64,000 nucleotides of DNA from a bacterium (GCA_965203325.1 OZ241875.1:2208001-2272000); one strand, 5' to 3'; shown: positions 41,126-51,147, counted from the stretch's first letter. Made by a program: numbers and translations. Notes: generated by a model not told the origin, from the sequence alone.

Positions 41126-43084
41126 ATGTTGATCAACGAGAGACTTAGGAACTTGGCGACAATAAATGTCTTCGAGGATGTCGCGATTGAGAACTCGTTT
41201 ATCGGGCGACCATTCTACTTCGACTTTAACAAGATGAAGATCTTGTCGAACGACCACTGGAAGGAAATGGTGGGTGGGGTCCCGGCTGGGGCTTTTCTTG
41301 CTGCACTATTCGACAACGACACGGAACATCCAGAGGTCGTACTTCTTCGTGTCCTTGGGCCAACTGCGCTTCCAACTGATTCAGATGTCGTCGCTGCAAT
41401 GGTGGATCACTACAAGGAGAGTGAAGGAACGGAGACGGACTCGGGAACGCTCGACAGCTATACTAGGTACGAGTTTCAGTTCTCAGGCCTAGAGTGTAGA
41501 GTGCTCGGTTCTTTTTATCAGAATGCACAAGGCAATACATGCTTCGGGGCTGATGTCGACAACTTCTACGGCCCCAACAACTACTCGGTCTACAAACCTT
41601 CCGGTAACGTTTTGGAGTACCTAGTGAATTTCCGTGAAGGCGACGGACTTCCCGGAGGACCTGGAGATCAAAGAATCGGTGAAATCCGCTACTCGTCAAG
41701 CCAGCGGCACACTCAGGATGCTTCTGTCCCTCTGTATGTGTCGGCCCTTGACTACTTAGGAAAACGCACAGCGCTCTTCGGAATGAAGCGTACAGGAAAA
41801 TCCAATACCGTCAAAAAGATCATTCAGGCAACTGTAAACTTGGGATCAGCGGGAATTGAGCATGAGGGTGAGCAGCTTGTCCCAATAGGGCAGATCATTT
41901 TCGATGTAGACGGTGAATATGCCAATGCGAATCTACAAGACGAAGGAACCGCGGTTTTTGAGCTTTTTGAGAACGAGACCATCCGATACTCCACCCACCC
42001 AAAAGAAGGCTTCCGTGTGCTCAAGGTGAACTTCTACAACGAGGTTGATCTGGGATTCGAGCTCATATCCAGTGATCCGAGAGTCGCGGACGACACAACG
42101 AGATTTGTGTCGAACTTTAGAAGCGTAGAACTGACGCAGCCTGACCAAGAGAACGTGTCTGAGATAAGGCGCTGGGAGCGACGTAGGGCTGTGTATTTTT
42201 GCATTCTGCACGAGGCAGGTTTCGCTGCGCCTCAGACTTTCCAGGTTCGCTTTTCGGCTAATGCTGAAGTTCGAAACGCTGTGGCTCTTAACTTCGAGGC
42301 AGACCGTAGGGGATATATGCGCCTCACTCTGCAGCAAGCCTCCGCATGGTGGCAACGTTTTTGGGAAGTGTATGCCGCCGACCCCAACGGTTGCTTTGCA
42401 CAATACAAACGCGACCACGATAGCCGACCTTGGGCTGAAGATGATCTTGAGGCCCTGCTCACAATGCTCACAAGACGGCGCACGTCCGGAGGGGCAGTCG
42501 ACTGCAGCGGTTTTCGTGTCTTGCGGGAGATCGCCGAAAAACACACATCGACACTACAGACTTCATTTGAGGATGACATCCTTCAGCAGTTACGTGAGGG
42601 GAGAATCGTAATTGTTGATCTCTCGCTCGGAGATGACATCACGAAGCGTTTCTTCTCCGAGAGAGTATGCCGTCGTATATTCGATGATGCAATGCTCCGC
42701 TTCACTCAGATGCAGACACAAAACTTCATTCAGATGTATTTTGAAGAAGCGCACAATTTATTTCCGAGGAAAGAATCTGCCGACCTAACCCAGATCTACA
42801 ATCGTATTGCAAAGGAGGGTGCGAAGCTCCGACTTGGACTCGTCTACGCCACCCAGGAAGTTAGCTCGATATCAGCGAACGTTCTCAAAAACACACAGAA
42901 CTGGTTCGTGTCGCACCTTAACAATCAAGATGAGCTTCGCGAGATAGCTAAATATTACGACTTCGAGGACTTCGTGGATAGCCTTCGACGAACGACCGAC
43001 AAAGGGTTCATTCGAATGAAGACGTACTCCAACGCGTTCATTGTACCCGTGCAGATCGACCGGTTCACAGTGGCGGAGACATAA
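41126..43084 (+). CDS. HerA-family ATPase/translocase (DUF87)
   Basis: Walker A GMKRTGKSN, IIFDVDGEY, EEAHN, KEGAK, ATQ; AGGAGG RBS. Confidence 0.9.
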   Translation: MLINERLRNLATINVFEDVAIENSFIGRPFYFDFNKMKILSNDHWKEMVGGVPAGAFLAALFDNDTEHPEVVLLRVLGPTALPTDSDVVAAMVDHYKESEGTETDSGTLDSYTRYEFQFSGLECRVLGSFYQNAQGNTCFGADVDNFYGPNNYSVYKPSGNVLEYLVNFREGDGLPGGPGDQRIGEIRYSSSQRHTQDASVPLYVSALDYLGKRTALFGMKRTGKSNTVKKIIQATVNLGSAGIEHEGEQLVPIGQIIFDVDGEYANANLQDEGTAVFELFENETIRYSTHPKEGFRVLKVNFYNEVDLGFELISSDPRVADDTTRFVSNFRSVELTQPDQENVSEIRRWERRRAVYFCILHEAGFAAPQTFQVRFSANAEVRNAVALNFEADRRGYMRLTLQQASAWWQRFWEVYAADPNGCFAQYKRDHDSRPWAEDDLEALLTMLTRRRTSGGAVDCSGFRVLREIAEKHTSTLQTSFEDDILQQLREGRIVIVDLSLGDDITKRFFSERVCRRIFDDAMLRFTQMQTQNFIQMYFEEAHNLFPRKESADLTQIYNRIAKEGAKLRLGLVYATQEVSSISANVLKNTQNWFVSHLNNQDELREIAKYYDFEDFVDSLRRTTDKGFIRMKTYSNAFIVPVQIDRFTVAET

Positions 43085-43087
43085 CTT

Positions 43088-44434
43088 ATGGGATATGGCT
43101 CCAAGGGACGAAAGCCTATAGAGCGCGCCAGTAAGATTGCGCACGCAGAGATTATCAAAAACCCGGAAGTCCAAGCTTATATGAGAGAATGTATAGTCCC
43201 ATCTGCGCCTGGCGTGGAGTCACTCGACTCTATGATTGAGACGCTCGGCGAAGTGGATACCTCAGAAGTGACTGCGGTCGTCGCTGTGGATGGTGGCTAC
43301 ACAGAGACCTATGTGCGTGAGGAGTATCCTTCGGCCTCCATTACGTTTTTCACATTCGGTCCCCTATTGTTTGAACTTGCTGACCTCCGCGCATTGGACA
43401 AAAAGAGGTTCATTGCGCCAGAAGAGCTCGCTCGCCTTAAGAGAATCGAGCGCTACACCCTTGTGTTGCCGACGAAGGGTATTCGGCGTCAGGACCAACA
43501 GTCCCTGTCAGCCACGATCCGGCGCACTGTATACGAGTTCTTCACAAAGCCACGTGGGGAAGACGATAATCTCATGGTCAGCCTCAAGTGGTTTCTATTC
43601 AGGCGTTGGAAGCGGAATCCAGACAATGGTCTAGTTCAGATTGTTGAGCACTGTCCATCAGATTGCGGTCACGGAGCAACGAGTTTCCTTTTTGAGGAGC
43701 AGACTGAGAAAAGCTGTCCTAAGTGCGGGCGACCAGTTTATCTTACGGATGTCTTCCGGCTGCAAGAGCGGATCGATGAGGAGCTAGGTGCGGGAGGAAT
43801 CAGTGCCTATGTAATGACAATGCTGGAACAACTAGTTCTCATACACCTGTTCTACAACATAATAGAGCGCCTCAAGCCCAGCCTGATGCGGAGCATCTTA
43901 TTCATCAAGGATGGACCATTGGCCTTTTTCGGTCTGGTTGCTCCGCTGTGTCGGCCCATGCGGGAGCTCGTGCAGCACCTACTCAGCGAGCCCGGAGGAC
44001 AAATGGGGCCAACGCTCAGGCTCGCCGGATTAGAGAAGAGTGGAGCATTTGTCGAACACGCTGCAGCGATCCAGGACCTTATGGAGCCTAACTCCTACAT
44101 GATTGTTAATGATGGCTATATCCGGCGACATATCGTGCCAGGAGAGGTCGGCGTGGTGTATGGACAAAACACATACTACGGCCAAAAAGTGTTGTTCCGG
44201 GCACCGGGTGGGGAGATGCACGTCGTGACGATCCCGGCCCAAAGCTATATGGCAGATCCGAATCCCTCGGAAATGCCCCACCTCGAAGATGTGCTGACAC
44301 TCATCGCCGAGCTTCGATGCAGTATGCACGATAATTCGTTGATTCCTGTTGCATTGGCAAACAAACTCGTCTCGCTTTCTGACTTCCCGAGCCAGCGCAT
44401 CCTAACGACTTTCGCGAGAGAGAACATCCAGTGA
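43088..44434 (+). CDS. NurA-family nuclease with Zn-ribbon insert
   Basis: VAVDGG, IKDGPL, GLEKSG, P..LANK motifs; CPSDC...CPKC; starts 3 bp after herA. Confidence 0.8.
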   Translation: MGYGSKGRKPIERASKIAHAEIIKNPEVQAYMRECIVPSAPGVESLDSMIETLGEVDTSEVTAVVAVDGGYTETYVREEYPSASITFFTFGPLLFELADLRALDKKRFIAPEELARLKRIERYTLVLPTKGIRRQDQQSLSATIRRTVYEFFTKPRGEDDNLMVSLKWFLFRRWKRNPDNGLVQIVEHCPSDCGHGATSFLFEEQTEKSCPKCGRPVYLTDVFRLQERIDEELGAGGISAYVMTMLEQLVLIHLFYNIIERLKPSLMRSILFIKDGPLAFFGLVAPLCRPMRELVQHLLSEPGGQMGPTLRLAGLEKSGAFVEHAAAIQDLMEPNSYMIVNDGYIRRHIVPGEVGVVYGQNTYYGQKVLFRAPGGEMHVVTIPAQSYMADPNPSEMPHLEDVLTLIAELRCSMHDNSLIPVALANKLVSLSDFPSQRILTTFARENIQ

Positions 44435-44549
44435 ACTAGCCCTGCACTTTCCAACTTCTAGAGTTCTATGGGTCTTGTTTCTTTAATGCAATGGATATTT
44501 AGACTATTGAGTTTGAAAGAGTTTCCGGGACGGAGACAAATTTCGCGAT

Positions 44550-45152
44550 TTGATCGAGGTAGAAAGTGTGGCTAAAAAAAATACTACTGGGCTTGACAAG
44601 GTTCCAAAGCGTTTGTTTTTAGACTCTTCTGTTTTGCAAGTACTTCTAACCTATGGTGAGTTCATCTACGATGGAGGAACAATACCTTCTCAAGCTCGCA
44701 TCTGGTCGATTCCCAAAGGGCTAGAGAATTTAGATGCTCTTAAACAGATCATGTTTGTAGGTAACCGTGCTTTGTTTGAGTTTGCACTGTCCTCTCAAAG
44801 TCTAGAAGAAGTAGCGCAACGGAAGGATGCAAAATATATGGACTGGGCAAGAGATGTCCTCGTGTATTGGAGAAATAAATTGGCTAGTTACGATGAGGTT
44901 GGTATTCCAGCGTTTAGTGGGTATGGCAGCAAAGTTGCCACGAAGCTTGAATCTAAAAAATTCGGTTACCTGAGCAATAAAGATAAGGCATTGTTGGTAG
45001 ATGCCCTGAAGCTAGAATGTGAGGCCTTCATCACGATGGACCGTAGACTTGTCCGGAACACATTCCACCTAGAAGCCCATGTTGCGATTAAAGTTTTAGA
45101 GCCAATAAAATTCTGGGGCCTTTTGCAACCTTGGGCGCCGCTATTTGTTTAA
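44550..45152 (+). CDS. PIN-domain-like protein
   Basis: LFLDSSVL, SLEEV, D.ALLVDA, FITMD acidic pattern; very low GC; alternative GTG start at 44568. Confidence 0.7.
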   Translation: MIEVESVAKKNTTGLDKVPKRLFLDSSVLQVLLTYGEFIYDGGTIPSQARIWSIPKGLENLDALKQIMFVGNRALFEFALSSQSLEEVAQRKDAKYMDWARDVLVYWRNKLASYDEVGIPAFSGYGSKVATKLESKKFGYLSNKDKALLVDALKLECEAFITMDRRLVRNTFHLEAHVAIKVLEPIKFWGLLQPWAPLFV

Positions 45153-45459
45153 ATTGCTGAAGCGAATCACGCTAAACTGTGGGAAAAGAGCCCTGTATGG
45201 CAGCGCACTATGGGCTGAGGAACATCCAAACTTTCAGATTTATCAGCAAGGAGGCCAAGAGAGCGGACACGGGCACCGGATACCGATACTCAAATCGGGA
45301 GCGAGCGATTAGATATCCATCGAACTCTCTTCAATCAACGTAGTGGAAAACAAGCCCTCGTAACGAGAGATTAGGGAACGGATCACAGGAATCTCTAAAG
45401 CCTTTGACCTGAACGATTCTCCATATCCCCTCATCGACACCATCAATACCGATCCATCA

Positions 45460-45581
45460 GCACGGCACCCCGACCCGCCGCTATACTTGCCCGGAACATT
45501 TCTGCACAATAAGACCATGGCATGCAGTCCACCGGGACGGCGACCGACGGGTGCGGTCGAGGGGACCGGAAAGCGACATGG
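45460..45581 (+). repeat. 122-bp direct repeat, right boundary; includes upstream region and ATG of the S8 peptidase
   Basis: Near-identical to 39578-39699. Confidence 0.95.
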
Positions 45582-48007
45582 CGATTGCCGGACGGGAAAA
45601 GGAACGCGGGGCGAAGGGCCAATGCGAGGGCGCGAACGGCGTTCATCCGCGCCGCCGCCTCGTGAATGGGGGGCGCGGCGGCGGCGCCTTCACGCTGAGC
45701 CGGGCCTCCGCTTGCGCCGTCCTCCTTTGCGCGATGCTCATTCTCACGAACTGCGGCGGGGGCGGCTCGGGAGCGCGCCCCCAAGCCGCGGTGACGCCCG
45801 AAACCCCGCAGCCGCAACCACCCCCGCCAGAGCCAGTGCAGCCGCCGCAACAACCGCAGCCGTCGCCGCAACAACCGCAGCCGCAGGAATGCGTTCCGCT
45901 CCAAGACGGGACCTGCCCCTCGGTCGACGATTTCAACAGCCGGGCGCGGCGGCTCGCCGGCACATACGCCGTACACCGGAATTTCAGGAACCAGCCGAGT
46001 CTCGCGGCAATCGGCGCAGACCGAGCCTACGCCCACGTCCACCTGCTCGAGGGCGCGGGCGCCGCGCCGGGCGAGGGCGTGACCATCGGCTTCATCGACA
46101 GCGGCATCGATACCGCACACCGGATGTTCGCGGGAAAGTCGGTTGACGAGGTGTTCATCAGCGGCGCCTCGAACGAGACGGGCGCCAGGTTCTCCCACGG
46201 CACGGCCGTCGCGAGCGTCGCCGCCGGAATCCGGGATCACACCATCGCCCGCGGCCCGCACGGCGTCGCCTGGGGCGCCGACATCGCCATGTTCGCCATT
46301 CCCTTACAAAGCCCGGACGGCCCCTACAACCCCGTCTCTCTCACCAGTTCGGGAGGCGCAGACGACTCGTGGGCGTCGCGGCTCGACCGGGTCCTGGCGT
46401 GGCGAAACGGCCCGAGGCGCGCCGACATCCTGAACCTGAGCATCGGCTATCAGGGCATCATCGACGACTACGACGAGGACGACCTCCGCGCCAGCTTCGA
46501 GCGGACGATCGCCGCGATGGCGCAGGCGGGAGCCATTGATAAGGCGGTTTTCGTCTGGGCGGCCGGCAACGCCCACGGAAGGGAATGCGCTTCGTCGGTG
46601 GCCCACTGCGAGAACGGAAAAATCAACGCCGTTTCGCCCGAGGTGCTGGCGGGCCTCGCCGCGCGGGTCGAGGAACTCCGGGGACATACGGTCACCGTCG
46701 CGGCGCTGGGGCCGGGCGGAACCATCGCGGACTTCTCCAACCGCTGCGGCATCGCGGCGGACTATTGCATCGCGGCGCCCGGAGAAGACGTCCGGGTCGC
46801 CTGGTTCGGACCCCATCCCGACACGTCCGCGCCCATCCGGGGCGTCGGGAGGAGCAGCGGAACATCCGTCGCCGCGCCGATGGTGTCCGGCGGGCTCGCC
46901 ATCATGAAGCAACTCTTCCGGGACCAGCTCTCGAACACCGAACTGGTGACGCGCCTCTTCGAGACCGCCGACGACACCGGCGCCTACGCGAACAGGGCCG
47001 TTTACGGCCGGGGAAAACTCGACTTGGCCGCCGCCACGCACCCCGTGGGCGTCCCGGCGGTCCCCGTCGCCGGGAACGCGAACGGGGCCGGGAGCAATCT
47101 GCGCGCCACGAGCCTGCGTCTCGGGGCGCCGTTCGGGAACGGCCTCACGCGGTCGGTCGGGGACCACGAAATCATGGCGCTCGACGATCTGGGCGCGCCG
47201 TTCTGGTACCGGCTGGGCGATTTCGTGACGACGGCGAAGGTCCCGGCGATGGACGCAAGGGTCAGGCGCTTTCTGGCGGGCGGGACGCTAGGGGTCAGCG
47301 CGCAGGAGACCACGGCGGAAGCCGGCGGCGGCCACCTCTCGCTCGCCGAGGGGGGGATGACGGCGACGTTCACCGGCCGGGCGGGCCTTTCCGCCTCGGT
47401 GTTCGGGACGAACCACGAGCACGACGTGGCGGGCGGGACACTCGGCTGGCGGCCGGAAGGCGCCCCGCTCGGCCTGCGCGTCGGGTGGATAAGCGAGGGC
47501 GGAACCATCCTCGGCGGCGAGGGCCGGGGGGCCTTCGGGTCGCTGGCGGCGGACACCGCCTTCATCCGCCTCGAGGGAGACGTGAGGCTCGGCGCGTGGC
47601 GTCTCGGAGCGGATGCGGAATGGGGGAGCGCGCGCGCCCGGGCCCGGGGCGGGCTCATCGAGGAGGTATCGCCGATCTCGACCAGCGCGTTCGCGCTGCA
47701 CGCACGCGCCGCCGTGACGGATACGGACACCGTGCGGCTCGCCCTCTCACAGCCCCTGCGCGTCGAGGACGGCCAAGCGTCGCTGACTCTCCCTGCTGCG
47801 CGGACCAAATTGGGGCGGGTGCTGCGCACGTCCCTCACCTCGCCGCTCGCGCCCGAGGCGCGCCAGATCGACCTGGCCGCCACCTGGGAGAGGCCGCTGG
47901 CGGAGGGGCGGCTGCGCCTCGGCGTCGTCTGGAGCCAAAACCCCGGCCACAGCGCCTCCGCCAAGCCCCGGCTCACGTTTCTCGCCGGCTGGCAAAGGGC
48001 GTTCTGA
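45578..48007 (+). CDS. S8 subtilisin-like serine peptidase, lipoprotein/autotransporter-like
   Basis: Lipobox LTNC-GGGG, Pro/Gln linker, triad IDSG/HGTAVA/GTSVAAP, AAGN, C-terminal beta-strand region ending in Phe. Confidence 0.9.
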   Translation: MAIAGREKERGAKGQCEGANGVHPRRRLVNGGRGGGAFTLSRASACAVLLCAMLILTNCGGGGSGARPQAAVTPETPQPQPPPPEPVQPPQQPQPSPQQPQPQECVPLQDGTCPSVDDFNSRARRLAGTYAVHRNFRNQPSLAAIGADRAYAHVHLLEGAGAAPGEGVTIGFIDSGIDTAHRMFAGKSVDEVFISGASNETGARFSHGTAVASVAAGIRDHTIARGPHGVAWGADIAMFAIPLQSPDGPYNPVSLTSSGGADDSWASRLDRVLAWRNGPRRADILNLSIGYQGIIDDYDEDDLRASFERTIAAMAQAGAIDKAVFVWAAGNAHGRECASSVAHCENGKINAVSPEVLAGLAARVEELRGHTVTVAALGPGGTIADFSNRCGIAADYCIAAPGEDVRVAWFGPHPDTSAPIRGVGRSSGTSVAAPMVSGGLAIMKQLFRDQLSNTELVTRLFETADDTGAYANRAVYGRGKLDLAAATHPVGVPAVPVAGNANGAGSNLRATSLRLGAPFGNGLTRSVGDHEIMALDDLGAPFWYRLGDFVTTAKVPAMDARVRRFLAGGTLGVSAQETTAEAGGGHLSLAEGGMTATFTGRAGLSASVFGTNHEHDVAGGTLGWRPEGAPLGLRVGWISEGGTILGGEGRGAFGSLAADTAFIRLEGDVRLGAWRLGADAEWGSARARARGGLIEEVSPISTSAFALHARAAVTDTDTVRLALSQPLRVEDGQASLTLPAARTKLGRVLRTSLTSPLAPEARQIDLAATWERPLAEGRLRLGVVWSQNPGHSASAKPRLTFLAGWQRAF

Positions 48008-48063
48008 GCCGCCGGGCGGCGCTTCCCCGGTCGGTTCGATTGTCCTCTCACCTGTTGAAACCA

Positions 48064-48239
48064 ACCCCCCCTACCCCCCCTTGAGGGGGTCGGGCTTCCC
48101 GAGGGGAAAGCCCGACAGAGGCCGAGTCCTTTGGACGAAGGCCGATGTGGTGGGGGGACATGCCACAGAAAAACTCCCCCCACCGAATCGCTTTCGGGCT
48201 TACGCCCTTAGCTCTTCGACTCCCCCTCAAGGGGGGAGT
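48064..48239. repeat. Palindromic MITE/REP-like element (same family as 39055-39201)
   Basis: CCCCCCTTGAGGGGG ... TCGACTCCCCCTCAAGGGGGGAGT with internal GGTGGGGGG/CCCCCCACC arms. Confidence 0.8.
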
Positions 48240-48377
48240 TTATTCATAATCTTATGTCGATTGGGAAATCCATTCTCTGTTTGTGGCAGGGCTTCTCCAA
48301 CAACCCCTCGCGGGGCCGATTTCTCCTGCGCAGGATAGCCGCCGCCCCGTCTTATGATATAGAATGGCGGCCCTCGC

Positions 48378-48469
48378 GGAGAGATGGCCGAGTGGCTGAA
48401 GGCGCTCGCCTGCTAAGCGAGTAGGCTGGGAAACCGGCCTCGAGGGTTCGAATCCCTCTCTCTCCGCCA
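48378..48469 (+). tRNA. tRNA-Ser (anticodon GCT)
   Basis: GGAGAGA acceptor stem, CTCGC-CTGCTAA-GCGAG arm, long variable arm, GGTTCGAATCC, GCCA end. Confidence 0.97.
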
Positions 48470-48586
48470 CGCGCAAACCCGCCTTGTGTTACATTAACTC
48501 CCGGCACATCACCGGCGCCGCCTCGTTCCTCCCGGTGGTTCGGATGAAGACGACCCTTGCCCGGAACCGGCAGGAGGGAGAATACG

Positions 48587-49057
48587 ATGCGGCGCAACTT
48601 CTTTCGCCTGGACGCGACCCAGCAGCTTCCCATCGAACTCGACGCCGCCTGGGCGTTTTTCTCGAACCCGCAGAACCTCGCGGAGATCACGCCGCCCGAG
48701 CTTCACCTGGTCGTCGAGAACGAACTGCCTGAAAGGATGCACCCCGGCGTCCTCATCTGCTACCGGGTGAAGCCCCTTCTCGGGATTCCGGTGCACTGGG
48801 TCACGGAGATCACCCACGTGGAGGAAGGCCGCCTCTTCGTGGACGAGCAGCGCTTCGGCCCCTATCGATTCTGGCACCACCAGCACCATTTTCTGCCGAT
48901 CGAGGGAGGCGTGGAGATGCGCGACATCATCCACTACAAGCTGCCGCTGGGGCCCCTCTCGTTCCTGGCCGACAGCTTCGTGGTGAGCCGCCAACTGCGC
49001 CGCATCTTCTCCTACCGCGAAGAGGCGCTCACGCAGCGCTTCGGGCGGATGAATTGA
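48587..49057 (+). CDS. SRPBCC (START-like) family protein
   Basis: WAFFSNPQNL..ITPP, FVDEQRFGPY.FW.HQH. Confidence 0.88.
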   Translation: MRRNFFRLDATQQLPIELDAAWAFFSNPQNLAEITPPELHLVVENELPERMHPGVLICYRVKPLLGIPVHWVTEITHVEEGRLFVDEQRFGPYRFWHHQHHFLPIEGGVEMRDIIHYKLPLGPLSFLADSFVVSRQLRRIFSYREEALTQRFGRMN

Positions 49058-49189
49058 ATATGCTCCCCTCTATGGACTTGGAGCACGACACGCTATAGAA
49101 CATGAGACACCCGGCGGGACTCGCATCACCCGAGCCGCCCGGGCGGATGGGACACCACACCTCTTCACGCAAGCACCCGGAGACACGCA

Positions 49190-50020
49190 ATGAAAATCAT
49201 ACTCGCAACCGCTCTCTCGCTCCTCGTGGCCTCGGCCTCTTTCGCGCAGGAGATCGCAAAGGAAAAACCCACCAACCCGGTTCTCTTGATGAAGACGAAT
49301 TTCGGCGACGTCTACATCGAGTTGTTCCCCGAAGAAGCGCCCAAGACGGTGGCGAACTTCATGGGCCTCGCCACGGGGGAGCGCGTCTTCACGGACCACA
49401 AGACCAGCAAGAAGGTGAAGCGCCCCTTTTACGACGGGCTCAAGTTTCACCGCGTCATCAAGGAGTTCATGATCCAGGGAGGCGACCCCAAGGGAAACGG
49501 AACCGGAGGGCCGGGCTATAAGTTCGAGGACGAGATCAACGCCGACGCCCTGGGCCTGCACAAAATGAAGGCCGTGAAGGACGGGCGTCCCCACGCCTTC
49601 CTGCCCATCAGGAACCAGAGCGATTTCCAGCGCACCCTGGTGAATCCCCTGTTCCAGAAGATGGGCATCCGCTCCCAGGCCGACCTCGACAAGCGCAGGG
49701 AAGAGGTGAAGAAGCGCATCAACGATCTCACGCTCAAGGACGCGTACGAGAACATGGGCTACCGCTTCAACGGGAAGCTCAAATCGCGCGCGCCCGTGAA
49801 GGGCGTGCTCGCGATGGCGAACTCCGGCCCCGACACGAACGGCTCGCAGTTTTTCATCAACCTGATCGACACCCCCTGGCTCACGGGCAAGCACACCGTC
49901 TTCGGAAAAGTGGTCAAAGGAATGGACATCGTGGAGAAAATCGGCGCAACCCCCGTGGGATCGGGGAGCATGCCCCAGAAAGAGGTGCAGATCATCTCGA
50001 TCCGCCTTTATTCGCCCTGA
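49190..50020 (+). CDS. Periplasmic cyclophilin-type peptidyl-prolyl isomerase
   Basis: Signal peptide; FHRVI..FMIQGGD, AMANSGPDTNGSQFFI, HTVFG. Confidence 0.94.
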   Translation: MKIILATALSLLVASASFAQEIAKEKPTNPVLLMKTNFGDVYIELFPEEAPKTVANFMGLATGERVFTDHKTSKKVKRPFYDGLKFHRVIKEFMIQGGDPKGNGTGGPGYKFEDEINADALGLHKMKAVKDGRPHAFLPIRNQSDFQRTLVNPLFQKMGIRSQADLDKRREEVKKRINDLTLKDAYENMGYRFNGKLKSRAPVKGVLAMANSGPDTNGSQFFINLIDTPWLTGKHTVFGKVVKGMDIVEKIGATPVGSGSMPQKEVQIISIRLYSP

Positions 50021-50087
50021 ACCGGGGTTTTTGGGAAAGGCCCGATTCCGTAATTCGGCGTATGGAACCAACCGGGAATGGGGTACT

Positions 50088-50441
50088 GTAGGGACAGGTC
50101 GCGACCTGTCCCTACGAGACGGTGCGGCTTTGTTCGTCATTCCGGCGAAAGCCGGAATCCATTTTGACTTTTCACCGGACGGGGCGGCCACGACCTTGTT
50201 GTTGCGCGGCGGACAGATGCGGAATCCAGAGAATTCGCCTTTCGTTTTTGTGTTCGATTCCGATCCGCCCCGCCCGGGAATAAAGACGTCCGAACGAGGA
50301 AGCGAAAAGGCAAAGGCGAAAATGGATTCCGGCTTTCGCCGGAATGACGGGTGTTGTGATCTCTACGGAAGGGTGTCGTAGGGGCGCTTCGCGAAGCGCC
50401 CGTTTCTCCGACAAGGGCCGTTCGCGTGAACGGCCCACTAC
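50088..50441. repeat. REP cluster between convergent PPIase and recR
   Basis: GTAGGGACAGGTCGCGACCTGTCCCTAC; inverted pair of CGTCATTCCGGCGAAAGCCGGAATCCA (50135-50161, 50323-50349); GTAG doublet at 50378-50441. Confidence 0.85.
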
Positions 50442-50538
50442 GGAACAAACTCCTCCTTCATCAAGACTTCTTCAACAACCCCGATTTCCGGGAGACAGTT
50501 CGGTGGGACGCGCTCATGGATAACGCCCACGCGCAAGA

Positions 50539-51147
50539 CTACATCTCGCGGCGGCCTTCGAGGGAGCGGGTGAGCGTCATCTCGTCCGCGTATTCGAGAT
50601 GGCTGCCCATGGGAAGGCCGTGCGCCAGCTGGGTGACGCGCACGCCGAGCGGCTTGAGCACCTGTGCGAGATAAAGGGAAGTCCCCTCGCCCGCCATGTT
50701 GGGGTTCAGGGCCAGGATCACCTCTTTCACTTCGCCCGCCTTCACGCGCTCGATGAGCCCGGCTATGGTGAGGTCTTCGGGCTCCACGCCGTCCAGGGGG
50801 GAGATGACGCCCATCAGCACGTGGTAGCGTCCCTTCACGCCCCCCGCGCGCTCCACGGCGAACACGTCGGCGGGTTCTTCCACCACGCAGATGACGCTCG
50901 GGTCGCGCGCGCCGCACACCGAGCAGTCGGCGCCTCCCGCCTCACCCTCCACGAGCATGGAACACGTGCCGCACAGGCCCACCTTTTCATGCAGCGCCTC
51001 GCAGGAGGCGGCGATTTTCCCGGCGGCCTCGGGATCCTTGCCCAGTAGATGGAAGACGATTCGCTGCGCGCTCTTCGGCCCCACCCCCGGAAGACGGCGG
51101 AACGCCTCAATGCACTCTTCGATGGCGGGAAAGCGGCTCAACTGCAT
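50539..51147 (-). CDS. recR: Recombination mediator RecR
   Basis: LPGVGPKSAQR HhH, C4 zinc finger, ICVVE Toprim, YAD..TL. Confidence 0.97.
   Translation of the reverse strand: MQLSRFPAIEECIEAFRRLPGVGPKSAQRIVFHLLGKDPEAAGKIAASCEALHEKVGLCGTCSMLVEGEAGGADCSVCGARDPSVICVVEEPADVFAVERAGGVKGRYHVLMGVISPLDGVEPEDLTIAGLIERVKAGEVKEVILALNPNMAGEGTSLYLAQVLKPLGVRVTQLAHGLPMGSHLEYADEMTLTRSLEGRREM

Larger units (their letters stand above)
39578..45581. mobile_element. Lower-GC genomic island (defence-like cargo) without an integrase
   Basis: Abrupt composition shift, flanking direct repeats, position next to tRNA-Ser. Confidence 0.8.

Noticed and set aside
39451..48469. Similar 3' ends of the two tRNAs as attL/attR of a 9-kb element
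   Set aside because: Both are complete tRNA-Ser isoacceptors, so the similarity is expected; there is no integrase.
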